This document shows, piece by piece, positions 19,840 to 29,960 of a stretch of DNA of 64,000 nt. The translations under genes and the position numbers were made by a program. Position 1 is the first letter of the stretch; each line of letters starts with the position of its first letter. The notes beneath the pieces are model-generated. The model searched no databases and had not been told where the DNA came from. It worked only from the letters and a program-made list of their open reading frames with translations. Origin of the DNA: an uncultured Gammaproteobacteria bacterium (GTDB lineage: Bacteria; Patescibacteriota; Microgenomatia; CAZETR01; Amesbacteraceae); NCBI GenBank assembly GCA_964502885.1, contig CAZCXU010000001.1, positions 93,352 to 157,351 of the forward strand, given 5' to 3'.

Positions 19840-20931
19840 TTAGGTTTTTCCGTGAATAATAACAGGGCTAATAATACTGCCTTTGGCTTGAATAGAAACC
19901 GGGTCAAAAGTTAAACCTTCCTTTTCGGCGATGACGTTGTAAGTTCCGGCTGGCAAGGGAATGGCAATTTGGAACTGACCGAGACGATTGGTTCTTAGGG
20001 CCCGTGCAGGAATACCTGTCTTGGTATCAATAATCTCTACAGTTGTTTGTGCTAACGGCTGGGAAGCTGCATCTACAACCATGCCGGTGAGAATATTCGG
20101 ACTGGCAGGATTGGGAAGCTGAGTGGTGACTGTAGCAGATGGGGCTGAAGGAATATTTACAGGTTTGGGAAGCGGGGGAGTGTTAGCAACAACAGCTGAA
20201 ACACCAGAGGAGGTGAGAATTGGTGAGGTAGGAGTGGTGGGTGTAGCTAAAACTGTTTGTGGTGACGCTTCGGCGTGGGGTGTGCCTGCCGATGAGAAAG
20301 AGGTTGAGATGGTTGGAGTTGAGGTGGAATTTTTAACTGGAGATGTAAAGACTGGTTGGGCGCGTGCAGGGGAAGTGGGGATAGGTGCAGAAGAAGGGGC
20401 AGATGTAGGGATAATGGGGGGAACAGTTGAATTAGGAGCGGGTGTGGGAACAATGGAGGAAATGGCTGAGTTAGGAGTAGTTGATGGAGGTAGAGTTTTT
20501 GCGGTGGACATCTGCGGTTCAATTTTTATGGCAGCAGGAATTGGTGCCGGAACGGTGGTGACTGGTTGAGGTGTAGGTGGCGACGGTGGAGCGGCTGTTG
20601 CAGTGGGTGTGATTGGTGGGGGTGGGGCAAGGCTCGCAACGATTTCGTCAGAGATCCAGACATACTCAGTGGGAGAATAGATGGCTTTAAAAAAAGCGAC
20701 GAGCCAAGTGGTAAAGGGTCGATTGTTGATAGGGATAAAGGCCATGAGTGCACCCGTGGTGATGGAAATAAAAACCAGCGGGTATTTGATTATGGGGATT
20801 AATTGGAGACGGAAAATGAGCACCCCCACAACAATGCCTCCTGCCAGCTGGAGAAATTGCTTGAGGGTCATATCGCCCACGAGACGGAACTCGTAGGAGG
20901 AAATATTTTGCGGGACAGGGTGGTTATCCAT
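19840..20931 (-). CDS. PrgI/VirB3-like membrane protein fused to a long Pro/Thr/Ser-rich linker and a C-terminal beta-sandwich (CarbopepD_reg-like) domain
   Basis: N-terminus FRLVGDMTLKQFLQLAGGIVVGVLIF...NNRPFTTWLVAFFKAIYSP resembles the PrgI family and sits directly upstream of VirB4. The C-terminus GTYNVIAEKEGLTFDPVSI is beta-sandwich-like. Confidence 0.4.
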   Translation of the reverse strand: MDNHPVPQNISSYEFRLVGDMTLKQFLQLAGGIVVGVLIFRLQLIPIIKYPLVFISITTGALMAFIPINNRPFTTWLVAFFKAIYSPTEYVWISDEIVASLAPPPPITPTATAAPPSPPTPQPVTTVPAPIPAAIKIEPQMSTAKTLPPSTTPNSAISSIVPTPAPNSTVPPIIPTSAPSSAPIPTSPARAQPVFTSPVKNSTSTPTISTSFSSAGTPHAEASPQTVLATPTTPTSPILTSSGVSAVVANTPPLPKPVNIPSAPSATVTTQLPNPASPNILTGMVVDAASQPLAQTTVEIIDTKTGIPARALRTNRLGQFQIAIPLPAGTYNVIAEKEGLTFDPVSIQAKGSIISPVIIHGKT

Positions 20932-21181
20932 AAGCTGGTTTACATTTATCCTACCGCGTGAAAGAGAGTTTGCAAGCTAATGTTTTCACATACTAGAATA
21001 GAGTCATGGTTGAGCAGGGAAACTTCAAAGATAAGGTTGCTTTTGTGTTTGGTGGTGCAATCCTTGGATTGATGGGATTGGTGGCTATAATCTTGAAGAT
21101 TGTGGGGAGGATTTGTGGCTGTTTCTGAATCTATCCTATAGTTGATAATTCGTGGTAAAATGAGAGTGTTATACTAATTTC

Positions 21182-23962
21182 ATGGACGATATGAGCAGCG
21201 AATCTAGACGGTCTGGTAGACTTGATTTTGACTCTGGCTTGGACGCTTCCCAAGTTAACAGAAGTGGGGATGTTGTAGGCCGAAATGTTCAAGAGTGGGG
21301 AGGGCGGGGGAGGCAGGTTGATGCGGAAGATGATAATTTAGAAATTTTCAAAAAAAAGTTGGAAGAAGCGGAGAACTTTTCTAGTATTCAGACTTATGTA
21401 GTGGGATATTTGGAGAGAGCTGAACAGAGAAACATCGTCGAGAGAAACGCAGCTTTGGAATTAATTCTGGAGAGGTCGAGATCATTTAAGGAGGTGGACT
21501 TAGGAATTCAAAGAGCTTTAAAAATCTCTCTAAAGGAGGAAAGGTTTGAAGAGTTGAAACAACTGAAAGACGAACAAGCAGCGTTGATGGTGGTGGCTGA
21601 TTCTTTAGATATGTTTGAAGGGGTAAGGCAGGTGGCTAGAGCAGGCCAGGGGGATTATTTACGAGGGAAGAGAGACGCGGATGAAATCTTTTCTGGAGCT
21701 GTGGGGCCTAATGTGTCAAATATAAGGGGTTCAGAGAAATTGCAAGGAATGGTGGACAGATACCAAGCCACAGCTGTAGGGGTGTGGGAATGGGCAAAAA
21801 GTGTGGCAAAGGGCGCGGATTATGAAGGTCGAACAAAAGAAGGTTTAGAGGCGTTGGGATGGGGAACTATCCCGTTTAGAGAAACATTGAACTTGGCAAG
21901 GGTTATAACGGAAGAAACTGTTTCTCCACCGGAAACTCCCCCCAGAGTTGGTCCATCTGGTGGTGACCCATCTCGAGGACCAGAAAGTGAGATTTTTGCT
22001 GAAAGGGCAAGGAGAGCAGAAGAGTTGTTGATAGCAACGGGATTAAGTAACAATGGTTTGCCAACATCAATTGCTGAGTTGGATGCTATTGAACAAGGGG
22101 CTCCATACATCGAAAAAACAGGCAGACCTTTGTATGGTGGAATTTTGCACAACCTGCTTAATAAATACATGACAGTTTCGGTGACTGAGGGAGAGAAAAG
22201 ATTGGGGTTGGCTAGTAAGGTGGAGGCTAATTTTACTTCTGATGAGTTGCTACTAATTAACGACAGAGATGTGAGGTTTTGGGTTCAAGTGTTTGCCTTT
22301 GGGTTTGGGTTGGGGTCTCGAACGAAAATTAATTCACATTTAAATGAGAATCAGGGTGGTTTTGTGAAGAATGCTTCAGGAGAAGCTCCCATGCAGGGGA
22401 GAAGTGTGGGTGAAATGTTAAATGCAATTGCAGGTAGGGATGTTGAGAATGATGAAAGAATGTGGGGAGAATATCGTATGGAGGCGGGGCGACGGGTGGC
22501 TCCCTCTAAGGATAATACATGGAATAAAGCTTTTGGAAATGTGCAGTATGGTGAATGGGAGGTTTTGCAGGTGGCGATGATGAGAGCAATAGTGTTGCGA
22601 GGGAATCCAGAGATTTCTTCGGATGAACTCGACACAATAATTCGTACTAATAAAAATTTACGTATGGGTTTAGCTGGGGCGAGGATGTATGCAATGGCGA
22701 CACATATGGGAGATCAGTTTGCAGTCGAATCTAAACACTTTTTAGCAACGGCGGCATATTTTGAGTTCCATTTTCAAGCAGCAGCCGTGGATAGATTGGC
22801 AAAATTATCATTACCACACAGGTTTAGGAGTTATATGAATTTAAACTCAGACTTATTTAAGGACTCGCAGGGAAACTGGAGTGATGAAACACTTATGCAT
22901 CGCAGATTATTTGCCCCTGATGTAATGCGATCAGTTATATGTTCTCCTGCTGTGTTTTCGCGAGGAGTACAAGGACCTAATCCGGAAGAATCAAGATATG
23001 AACCACAGGAGACAATCTTAGACTTGGCCATAAGGGGCATAGAAGTTCGACAAGATGCGTTGCAAACAGGGGTAACTCCTACCCGTATTTATAGTTTTGG
23101 AGTAAATGCGGCCGAAAAAATATTTAATTTGGCTTTTGGGGGTGGGACTCCCCCCGAAGGGCCGGATGTAAAGTTTGACAGAGATAAGGGATGGGCGTGG
23201 AATATGGGGCAGGAAATTCTGGCTACAGCGCGGGATTTGGGTTGGATTATGGAATATGAAAATACCATTAAACAAGAAGGGGTGAGTATGACTCCAGCTG
23301 AAGCGTCTCGACGAAGAAGAGCGATAGAACATAATATTCAGAGGTTGGGTATCACTAGGTTTATGGCTGGGTTGGGAATGAGAATAGAAAGAGGCGAAGT
23401 GCACAATTTAACCGATTTGGCGGCTTGGGCGGTGGGGATGGTGCTTGATAGAAGCGCCAAGTTTGTACATCAGATGAATTTGCCGGACGGAAGTGTCAAG
23501 CAGTTGGAGTTTCGCTGGGTATCCAAGGAGGACTCAGAATGGGTTGTAGAACATGGGTTGAATAAAAGAGATGAGAAGTGGGTGGATACGAGAAGCCCTT
23601 GGTCTTATGTTTATGAGTTAGTAACCAGGAGAGCACCTAATCGTAGAGGTGAGTGGGAAACTAAGCAGGGTGGAGAAGATGATTTATTGATTCAGGTATT
23701 GGTAGATAAGGCAGGAGGGGATGCTTCGGAAGCGGCTATGCACAGAAGAGACCAACTGAATCATCGGGTTAGAAAGTGGCGTTGGGGAGTAGGTGACTAC
23801 TTCTTGGGGTGTGGAGGGACTGCTACTAAAGAGGATGTGAGGCTTCGGGAGAGCTTTGAAGAAAAAATTGCGGGTGGTAGGGATATGCCCAAAATAGACA
23901 GGTTAACTCCATATCAAAAGGTGTACAACACATTGGACTTTTCTGATTACGGTAAAAGCTAA
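21182..23962 (+). CDS. large hypothetical cytoplasmic protein (926 aa), no recognisable domain
   Basis: Long ORF with strong purine-rich codon periodicity. No TM segment, signal peptide or P-loop. Divergent from the T4SS operon. Confidence 0.5.
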   Translation: MDDMSSESRRSGRLDFDSGLDASQVNRSGDVVGRNVQEWGGRGRQVDAEDDNLEIFKKKLEEAENFSSIQTYVVGYLERAEQRNIVERNAALELILERSRSFKEVDLGIQRALKISLKEERFEELKQLKDEQAALMVVADSLDMFEGVRQVARAGQGDYLRGKRDADEIFSGAVGPNVSNIRGSEKLQGMVDRYQATAVGVWEWAKSVAKGADYEGRTKEGLEALGWGTIPFRETLNLARVITEETVSPPETPPRVGPSGGDPSRGPESEIFAERARRAEELLIATGLSNNGLPTSIAELDAIEQGAPYIEKTGRPLYGGILHNLLNKYMTVSVTEGEKRLGLASKVEANFTSDELLLINDRDVRFWVQVFAFGFGLGSRTKINSHLNENQGGFVKNASGEAPMQGRSVGEMLNAIAGRDVENDERMWGEYRMEAGRRVAPSKDNTWNKAFGNVQYGEWEVLQVAMMRAIVLRGNPEISSDELDTIIRTNKNLRMGLAGARMYAMATHMGDQFAVESKHFLATAAYFEFHFQAAAVDRLAKLSLPHRFRSYMNLNSDLFKDSQGNWSDETLMHRRLFAPDVMRSVICSPAVFSRGVQGPNPEESRYEPQETILDLAIRGIEVRQDALQTGVTPTRIYSFGVNAAEKIFNLAFGGGTPPEGPDVKFDRDKGWAWNMGQEILATARDLGWIMEYENTIKQEGVSMTPAEASRRRRAIEHNIQRLGITRFMAGLGMRIERGEVHNLTDLAAWAVGMVLDRSAKFVHQMNLPDGSVKQLEFRWVSKEDSEWVVEHGLNKRDEKWVDTRSPWSYVYELVTRRAPNRRGEWETKQGGEDDLLIQVLVDKAGGDASEAAMHRRDQLNHRVRKWRWGVGDYFLGCGGTATKEDVRLRESFEEKIAGGRDMPKIDRLTPYQKVYNTLDFSDYGKS

Positions 23963-24020
23963 TTAAAAAAGTGGTCTGGTGGATGGTTTATTCGGATAAG
24001 TTGTTTATAGAATGCGTAGC

Positions 24021-25751
24021 TTAGGATGTACCACCTGCGGGAGGGACAGGTCTTCGAATGTTGGCTTCTTTGGCTTTGGAGACTTGCTGACCAGCCGAAG
24101 TCAATTGTCCCATGGTGTCTTTGGCCATCTTTTCAACAAAGTCAGAAGGATCTACAGACTTACAGAACATGTTCTTAACCATGGTTGCTATGTTGGGGGC
24201 GAATGACATGGCCCCTACGAAAACTGCATATTGGACGAAAATATTACTGGGCATGTCAAATAAGGGAAAGTTGGCTTGGTTGTTAAAAAAGAAGCCTATG
24301 TCTCCGGCGAATCCTGGGACGGGAGTGCGAGTGTCAAACCCTGCATTAATTAGAATTGCTAAGAGAGCATATGTCACAAAAATTGAGGCATTGCCGATGA
24401 GACAAAGAAGCCATTTTTTAAATCCACCAAAATCAGATTTCTTCGATGGGATAATATCGAAAATAATTATTAGCGGGCCGGCGACAACCAGAAGATTAAA
24501 AGTAATAAAGGCGACCACAAATTGACCAATAATTCTGGCCCAGACGTAAATTGACCAAAGGAAGAAACCAAGAATGAAACCAGCTATGAGAACAACCACT
24601 CCTCCAGAAGCAAGATTAAGCAGTGCAGCTAGAACTATAGTGAGAATTATCAGTACTATGGAAACAACTATCCAAAAGGCAAGGAAATGCCAGACAAAAT
24701 CAAAACCGCCTCCAGCTAAGGTGGACATAGCAAGCGGCAAGTCAGTTATAATTGTCATGCCGATAGCTGTTTGGGCAAAATAAAGCATGCCAATAATTGC
24801 GGAAATGGCTAAGTACATCAGGTCAATTACGAAGCCGGCAATGGCGTATGAAAAGAGAACCAACACAATAGATATGGCAATGCGGGGAATAACCATTTGA
24901 ATTGTTACCGAGACTTGCGGAGATATTTTTGAACGGAACATAACCATAAAACCAGCAATGATGATAATCAGGGTGGTAATTAATAGTGCGATGTTTCGAG
25001 TGGCGATCCAAAATGCTCGGGTAGGAGAGTCTGTCGTTCCGGTACCACCCAAGCCAAGTCTTTCGTAACCACTTCCTTGCGCAAACGTGTCCGAGACAAT
25101 GTTGAGTTTTGAAGCAAGTTGTTTAGTTTCAGACCAGGCTGAGGGGAGGGTGTCAATTTGTGATGAGATATAGTAGGTAAGCTTGAGTACTCCAATATAA
25201 CTTTGACCTATGAATCCATATTTATTAACAAATGCCAGATCAGAAGAAGAAAAATTTTGAGTGACGAGCATGCTGCGGGCAAGATCTATCGCTGTGAGTA
25301 AATCAGTGATGTTTTGCAAAAGGGCTGCTGGATCAGGAGAAGATATAACTGAGGGAAATAACATCGAAGAGAGAGAGTTGAGGATCCAGTTTACTTGAGC
25401 GTAGGTGTAGCGCTCACCAAAAATTTCGTCGGGATTTGTATTGTCGAAAACTTTTTGCTGGAACTCCTGAATTGAAGGATTGTACCAAGGGTGTGGTGTT
25501 ACTTCGGCGAAGAACAAACGGGAGATTTCGTAGATGAGATAGGAGCAACGTGCTGCATCACCGAAAGGGTTGGGGGAAATGGCTTGACAGGCAGCATCTG
25601 CCTGAGCGCACAGCGGCTCGGCGGGATCACAGGTCGGTTGGGCAAGAACCGGTGATGGTGTGATAAATACTGTTAACCCTATGAATAGAAACGAAAGGGT
25701 AAAAAGGTATTTTTTAATCAGCATTGAAAGATGTTTTGTCATGGAAGACAT
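24021..25751 (-). CDS. VirB6/TrbL-like polytopic membrane protein
   Basis: Signal peptide, a ~240-aa extracytoplasmic domain, then at least 6 TM helices. Context with VirB4 and pilins. Confidence 0.5.
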   Translation of the reverse strand: MSSMTKHLSMLIKKYLFTLSFLFIGLTVFITPSPVLAQPTCDPAEPLCAQADAACQAISPNPFGDAARCSYLIYEISRLFFAEVTPHPWYNPSIQEFQQKVFDNTNPDEIFGERYTYAQVNWILNSLSSMLFPSVISSPDPAALLQNITDLLTAIDLARSMLVTQNFSSSDLAFVNKYGFIGQSYIGVLKLTYYISSQIDTLPSAWSETKQLASKLNIVSDTFAQGSGYERLGLGGTGTTDSPTRAFWIATRNIALLITTLIIIIAGFMVMFRSKISPQVSVTIQMVIPRIAISIVLVLFSYAIAGFVIDLMYLAISAIIGMLYFAQTAIGMTIITDLPLAMSTLAGGGFDFVWHFLAFWIVVSIVLIILTIVLAALLNLASGGVVVLIAGFILGFFLWSIYVWARIIGQFVVAFITFNLLVVAGPLIIIFDIIPSKKSDFGGFKKWLLCLIGNASIFVTYALLAILINAGFDTRTPVPGFAGDIGFFFNNQANFPLFDMPSNIFVQYAVFVGAMSFAPNIATMVKNMFCKSVDPSDFVEKMAKDTMGQLTSAGQQVSKAKEANIRRPVPPAGGTS

Positions 25752-25797
25752 TTTTACTTTAGAATAAATAGATCAAACATGCAATAACAGTGGTTGG

Positions 25798-28700
25798 TTA
25801 GGGAAAGGGAAACGGGCAGCTGGGAGCAATCCATTCCCATTTGCCTTGAAGGCCAGGATTTGCGGCGGTACCGTCTCCCAACGCATATAGATCGGATTCG
25901 GCGGTGGGAATGCAGGAGTCACCCACCAGGTATATGGCAGAGAATACCCGTACTCCTCCGTAAGTATTTATTTCAGATGCGCAACGGGATCTGATGGCAT
26001 TTACGGTAAGGAGGTGACCGGTGATTTGCTGATCGAAGTTGTTTGGTGTGTTGTATTGACCGACGTGAACGCCAAAATCTTCTACTGGAGTGTTGGCTTC
26101 GTAATTGCTGGCGTCCGATTCGTTTAACCAAATCAATAGTGAAAGTCCAGGATTTACGCCGGCGGCGTCTGCGCGTGTGACGACGTCGTTGTAGCAAAGT
26201 TCTGCGAAAGTGCCATCCGGAAAATTGGTCCAGCGCCTGGCGATGTCTATGTAGTTAGTGCGATCTACACAGGGTGTGTTGGTTTCGGGAAGATTGGTGT
26301 TGCAGTTTATGCCGCCCGGTGAGTCTATAGGGCTGACTGATCCTACAAAGCCTTTTGGTCGGAGGGCGCGTTGGAGATTGAGGTTTTCACGGGTGGGGAC
26401 ACCAAGAATGTGATCGGCAAGGCTGCCGACCTTGGGAAAATAAAAAGCTCCCCCAGAAGTGCGCAAACCTCCTCCGATACCACCAGAGGCTACATTACGT
26501 CCTGCCGTGACACGGGGATTGATCAAATTTTGCACCTGGCCGTTGTAGGCTGCACTAGTTCCTGCCGGTATGGATACGTCTCTGTTGTTGGTGATGTCGT
26601 AATCGGTTTGTGTGATCTGCCAAATGCAGGAGTAGCCCTGGGATGCCATTGCCTGACAGGCTGTTTCGGTTAATTGGTTAGAACAAATTCCAAGATCTCG
26701 GGGTGAGGTGGTGGTGCAAGCTTCATATGTGCCAGTCAGGGGGAGTTTGGGCATCCAGCGACGAAGGACTGAGTTTGGGCCTGCCACAAGGATGTCATAG
26801 AGCTTTTCGATGTATGGTGTTTTTACAAAAGGATTAACCCGTGCAGCTGATCTCAGGTTGCGGGTTGGCCAGACAGGGCAGTGAGGAGGACGAGGGGCCA
26901 GTGCGGGAGCGGCACGAACAACACGCCACTCACAGTATGGTGACATTCCGGCGGCAGTACACCCAGTTTGGTCCAGGGCCGAACAAACAGAAGCATAACT
27001 ATCGTATCCAGATCTGCTGCGGCAGGCATATTCATCAGTGGGGGCACAACATATTTCGCCAGCATTACCACAATCCAGATCAATTATTTCCCGATTTTCG
27101 CCACATCCGTTTGGACCGGGCGCGCGGCAGTCGTATGTGGAGCTGGCATGGTAGCACTCGCTAATCCAAGGACAGCGTTGTCCGATTTGAATCGTGCAGC
27201 ATTCGCCCCCAGGAAGCTGGTCATTGCATTCATCTCCCTCCAGGGAACAGGGTCTATTGATGCAGTTGCCGGCACCGGCGGGACACGGGTTTGCGTCACA
27301 GCCAATTACGAGTCGGGGTGTGTAGCGGAAGAGCTGACGATATGTAAGATTTCCGTTTAGGACGTTTCCCAGCAGGCGATCTCCGGATGAAGTACGAGTT
27401 TCGGCTTCGTCGCAAGTAAAGTCTGATGGAACATATAACGCAGCGGGCGCAGGTCCGTCAATAATTTCCGTGTTGCGAATGACAGTTCCGCCACCAGAGC
27501 AGCCCCTGAGAATGGAGCCTGCAAAATATCTTTGGCAGAGAACAACTGTTTCGTCGGAGTGTCCTTCGGATGCTCCAAAACCCTGATGGCGGGCAACTCT
27601 TTGGGAAAACATATTGCTATTTTCAGAACTGAACAAGGGAGCGTGTGTGGCGGCAGGGGGTGTTGGCGTTGGAGTAGGTGTGGCCAGAACAACAGTTTGA
27701 CTTGAATAACTGGATCCGGCGAGACGAATACGAATGCTGCCGGGGAGACCGCGACTGACAAACCACTGGCTACTTCCGCCGTAGCGATAATATGAATGAG
27801 GCCATGTAGGTATGATGCCTTCGTAATAGCGTTGCACACTGACACTGGGGTCAACATAGTTACTGAGTGGACCGTAGTCTTGGTTTGTTGTCGGATCAAA
27901 AACATGGAATTGGTTCCAAAGCGCTTCACCCATACCTGGCAAACCGTAATAAACATCTATCAGGTTGTAAGCTGGCAAGTAAAAAGCCCGGAGATAGTCT
28001 GCCGGATTTGTTGATAAAACAGGAGTGGGGATTGGGGGCGGGGGGGGAGGGGCGGTGGGAGGAACAATTACCGGATATGGCTGATGCAAAGCTTGGACGA
28101 GACTTGATAAAGGAACAGCTGATTTCATGTGCGGGAAATAAAGCCGTGAATCAAAGCGGCCTGAAATAAGGGTGGGAAAACTGAGGCCAATAGTGAGAAT
28201 TCGGCCATCGATGTCTACGGGTTGAGCTTCCGGAATAACACTTGCTGTAAACTCACTCACAGTGTCCTCAAGAGTTGAGTAATTGATGTATTTATGTGTC
28301 CAGGTTTCGGTATCGAAATTGCTGGCCACCCAACTAAGGCGGCGACGCAGGGTGCTGCTGACGCAGGGTTCTGCGAGGTCGAGACGTAAAGCTGCAGTGA
28401 TGTTTCCGATGCGACTCAGCAGGTTTCTGCCTAGGGAAAAAAGCATGTTTACATCATCAAGGTTGTTGGCTATCACAGTAAAACCGTAATTTAAAAGTAC
28501 ATTTCTAATTCCGATTGGGTTGAATTGATCGCCCGGAAGTAAGGCAATGTTGACAAGTGCGCCACCAAAATCCTGCATATTATTCATGCCAACTCGACGG
28601 ATGATATCGATCATTCTGACAACATCAAGGAAACTGCCAAATGAGTTTGTAAATATTGCTTCCAGAGCGTCTAAAACATAATCAAAGTCGATGTTCCGCT

Positions 28701-29460
28701 GACAGGAAACCAGATAGTTGTGGTACTGTGACCCTACGTTGTTGCTGGCAACGGTTTCCTTTATGTCATCACGGAAGTCTTTTGGATATAATTTGTTTAT
28801 TGGCCCTGAATAAGAGGTGATGCGTTTAGTGTCGGCCGGATCGAAACCGTTTAAGGGAAGTTTTTCTGACTGGAATACCGTACCATTCAGATACCAATTA
28901 AGATATTGGTTAACTTTGTAATCGTCGGGAATTGCAACTTCGGTCTGGCCGAAAATGGGGAGTTGGGAGTTGGTCGCATTGATAGCGACTGTCCAGCGAA
29001 CTCGTTTGACGTAGCAAATGTCTGTGGATCCTGACTCACAGAGATAGTCGTCAGAACGATCGCCGCCCTCCTGGGTTAGGGGGACACTGATGGGGTTGGC
29101 CGGGAGGACTGAAAGACCACACATGTCAATAACGTCTGAGACCTCATCGTAACCTGAGACATTTAGGGATTTGGCACAATGAAATGAGAGATAGACTTTA
29201 TTGGGATCGTCCGGGGCTTCGGGGACTTTTGCGGGAATGAGGACATCGCAAGGGTTTCCAGGATAGGGTCTTAGCGGATGAAATTCCGGATCGTTTCCGG
29301 TATTTGTGTGGCAAGGATAATTAAATGGAGCCGGCCAGGGGTTACGGGTAAAAAATCCGAGAGTGGGGGTCTGGGCGTGAATAAGATTTAGCCATGGAGT
29401 GATGGCAGAAAAGACTGCTACAACAGAGCTTACTACTAACAACTTAACGGTCGGTTTCAT
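25798..29460 (-). CDS. giant secreted Cys-rich surface protein (1220 aa)
   Basis: Signal peptide MKPTVKLLVVSSVVAVFSAITPWLNLIHAQ. Pro-rich linkers PPTAPPPPPPIPTP and ATPTPTPTPP. The central region is densely Cys-rich (CDANPCPAGAGNCINRPCSLEGDECND...). Confidence 0.6.
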   Translation of the reverse strand: MKPTVKLLVVSSVVAVFSAITPWLNLIHAQTPTLGFFTRNPWPAPFNYPCHTNTGNDPEFHPLRPYPGNPCDVLIPAKVPEAPDDPNKVYLSFHCAKSLNVSGYDEVSDVIDMCGLSVLPANPISVPLTQEGGDRSDDYLCESGSTDICYVKRVRWTVAINATNSQLPIFGQTEVAIPDDYKVNQYLNWYLNGTVFQSEKLPLNGFDPADTKRITSYSGPINKLYPKDFRDDIKETVASNNVGSQYHNYLVSCQRNIDFDYVLDALEAIFTNSFGSFLDVVRMIDIIRRVGMNNMQDFGGALVNIALLPGDQFNPIGIRNVLLNYGFTVIANNLDDVNMLFSLGRNLLSRIGNITAALRLDLAEPCVSSTLRRRLSWVASNFDTETWTHKYINYSTLEDTVSEFTASVIPEAQPVDIDGRILTIGLSFPTLISGRFDSRLYFPHMKSAVPLSSLVQALHQPYPVIVPPTAPPPPPPIPTPVLSTNPADYLRAFYLPAYNLIDVYYGLPGMGEALWNQFHVFDPTTNQDYGPLSNYVDPSVSVQRYYEGIIPTWPHSYYRYGGSSQWFVSRGLPGSIRIRLAGSSYSSQTVVLATPTPTPTPPAATHAPLFSSENSNMFSQRVARHQGFGASEGHSDETVVLCQRYFAGSILRGCSGGGTVIRNTEIIDGPAPAALYVPSDFTCDEAETRTSSGDRLLGNVLNGNLTYRQLFRYTPRLVIGCDANPCPAGAGNCINRPCSLEGDECNDQLPGGECCTIQIGQRCPWISECYHASSTYDCRAPGPNGCGENREIIDLDCGNAGEICCAPTDEYACRSRSGYDSYASVCSALDQTGCTAAGMSPYCEWRVVRAAPALAPRPPHCPVWPTRNLRSAARVNPFVKTPYIEKLYDILVAGPNSVLRRWMPKLPLTGTYEACTTTSPRDLGICSNQLTETACQAMASQGYSCIWQITQTDYDITNNRDVSIPAGTSAAYNGQVQNLINPRVTAGRNVASGGIGGGLRTSGGAFYFPKVGSLADHILGVPTRENLNLQRALRPKGFVGSVSPIDSPGGINCNTNLPETNTPCVDRTNYIDIARRWTNFPDGTFAELCYNDVVTRADAAGVNPGLSLLIWLNESDASNYEANTPVEDFGVHVGQYNTPNNFDQQITGHLLTVNAIRSRCASEINTYGGVRVFSAIYLVGDSCIPTAESDLYALGDGTAANPGLQGKWEWIAPSCPFPFP

Positions 29461-29484
29461 GGGCTACACTATTCTAGCAAATCT

Positions 29485-29880
29485 TTAGGAGCAGCCGATG
29501 CCTCTGGCTATACAGATATCAAATATTCCCAAATTGATACCGAGGAAAGTGCCAATAAGGTTGACTATTACGAATGCTGACAAGGTGATTATTAATCCTG
29601 CAAGAGAAAAGATAATTGTATTTCTTGCTTGTTCGGTTTGGGCTTTGTCTGCTCCTGCAGCTAGATACTTGTATCCACCAATAACCAGAAATCCTAAAGA
29701 AATGAAAACAAAAAGGCTGATGATTGCGGTAATCGCAGCGGCTATTACTCTATTTAGGTTCTGGAGCATTGCGGGCGGAGTAGGGTTTGCAATTGTTGTT
29801 TGAGCTTGAGCGACAGTAGGCCATGCTAATACGAATACAGATGCGGCCAACGTGATCAGTGAGCGAATTGTTGTGTACAT
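29485..29880 (-). CDS. VirB2/TrbC-like pilin paralog 1 of 11
   Basis: Signal peptide ...VAQA, two hydrophobic helices flanking the AAGADKAQTEQARN loop, and a C-terminal Cys pair. Confidence 0.5.
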   Translation of the reverse strand: MYTTIRSLITLAASVFVLAWPTVAQAQTTIANPTPPAMLQNLNRVIAAAITAIISLFVFISLGFLVIGGYKYLAAGADKAQTEQARNTIIFSLAGLIITLSAFVIVNLIGTFLGINLGIFDICIARGIGCS

Positions 29881-29960
29881 CTGTTTTTAATATAGGGCAA
29901 AAAAACAACCCCGGCAAGGGCCCGGGGTTGTTTTGGCCATTTCTGGCCGGTTCCAAAAAC

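Noticed and set aside
20123-20569. 148-aa Gly/Val/Ala-rich ORF on the plus strand
   Set aside because: It is the antisense shadow of the Pro/Thr-rich linker of the minus-strand PrgI-like gene. Low-complexity mirror frame, not a gene.
26371-28489. Multiple 60-130-aa ORFs on both strands inside 25798-29460
   Set aside because: All are embedded in the 1220-aa giant gene, whose single long frame with a signal peptide is much better supported.
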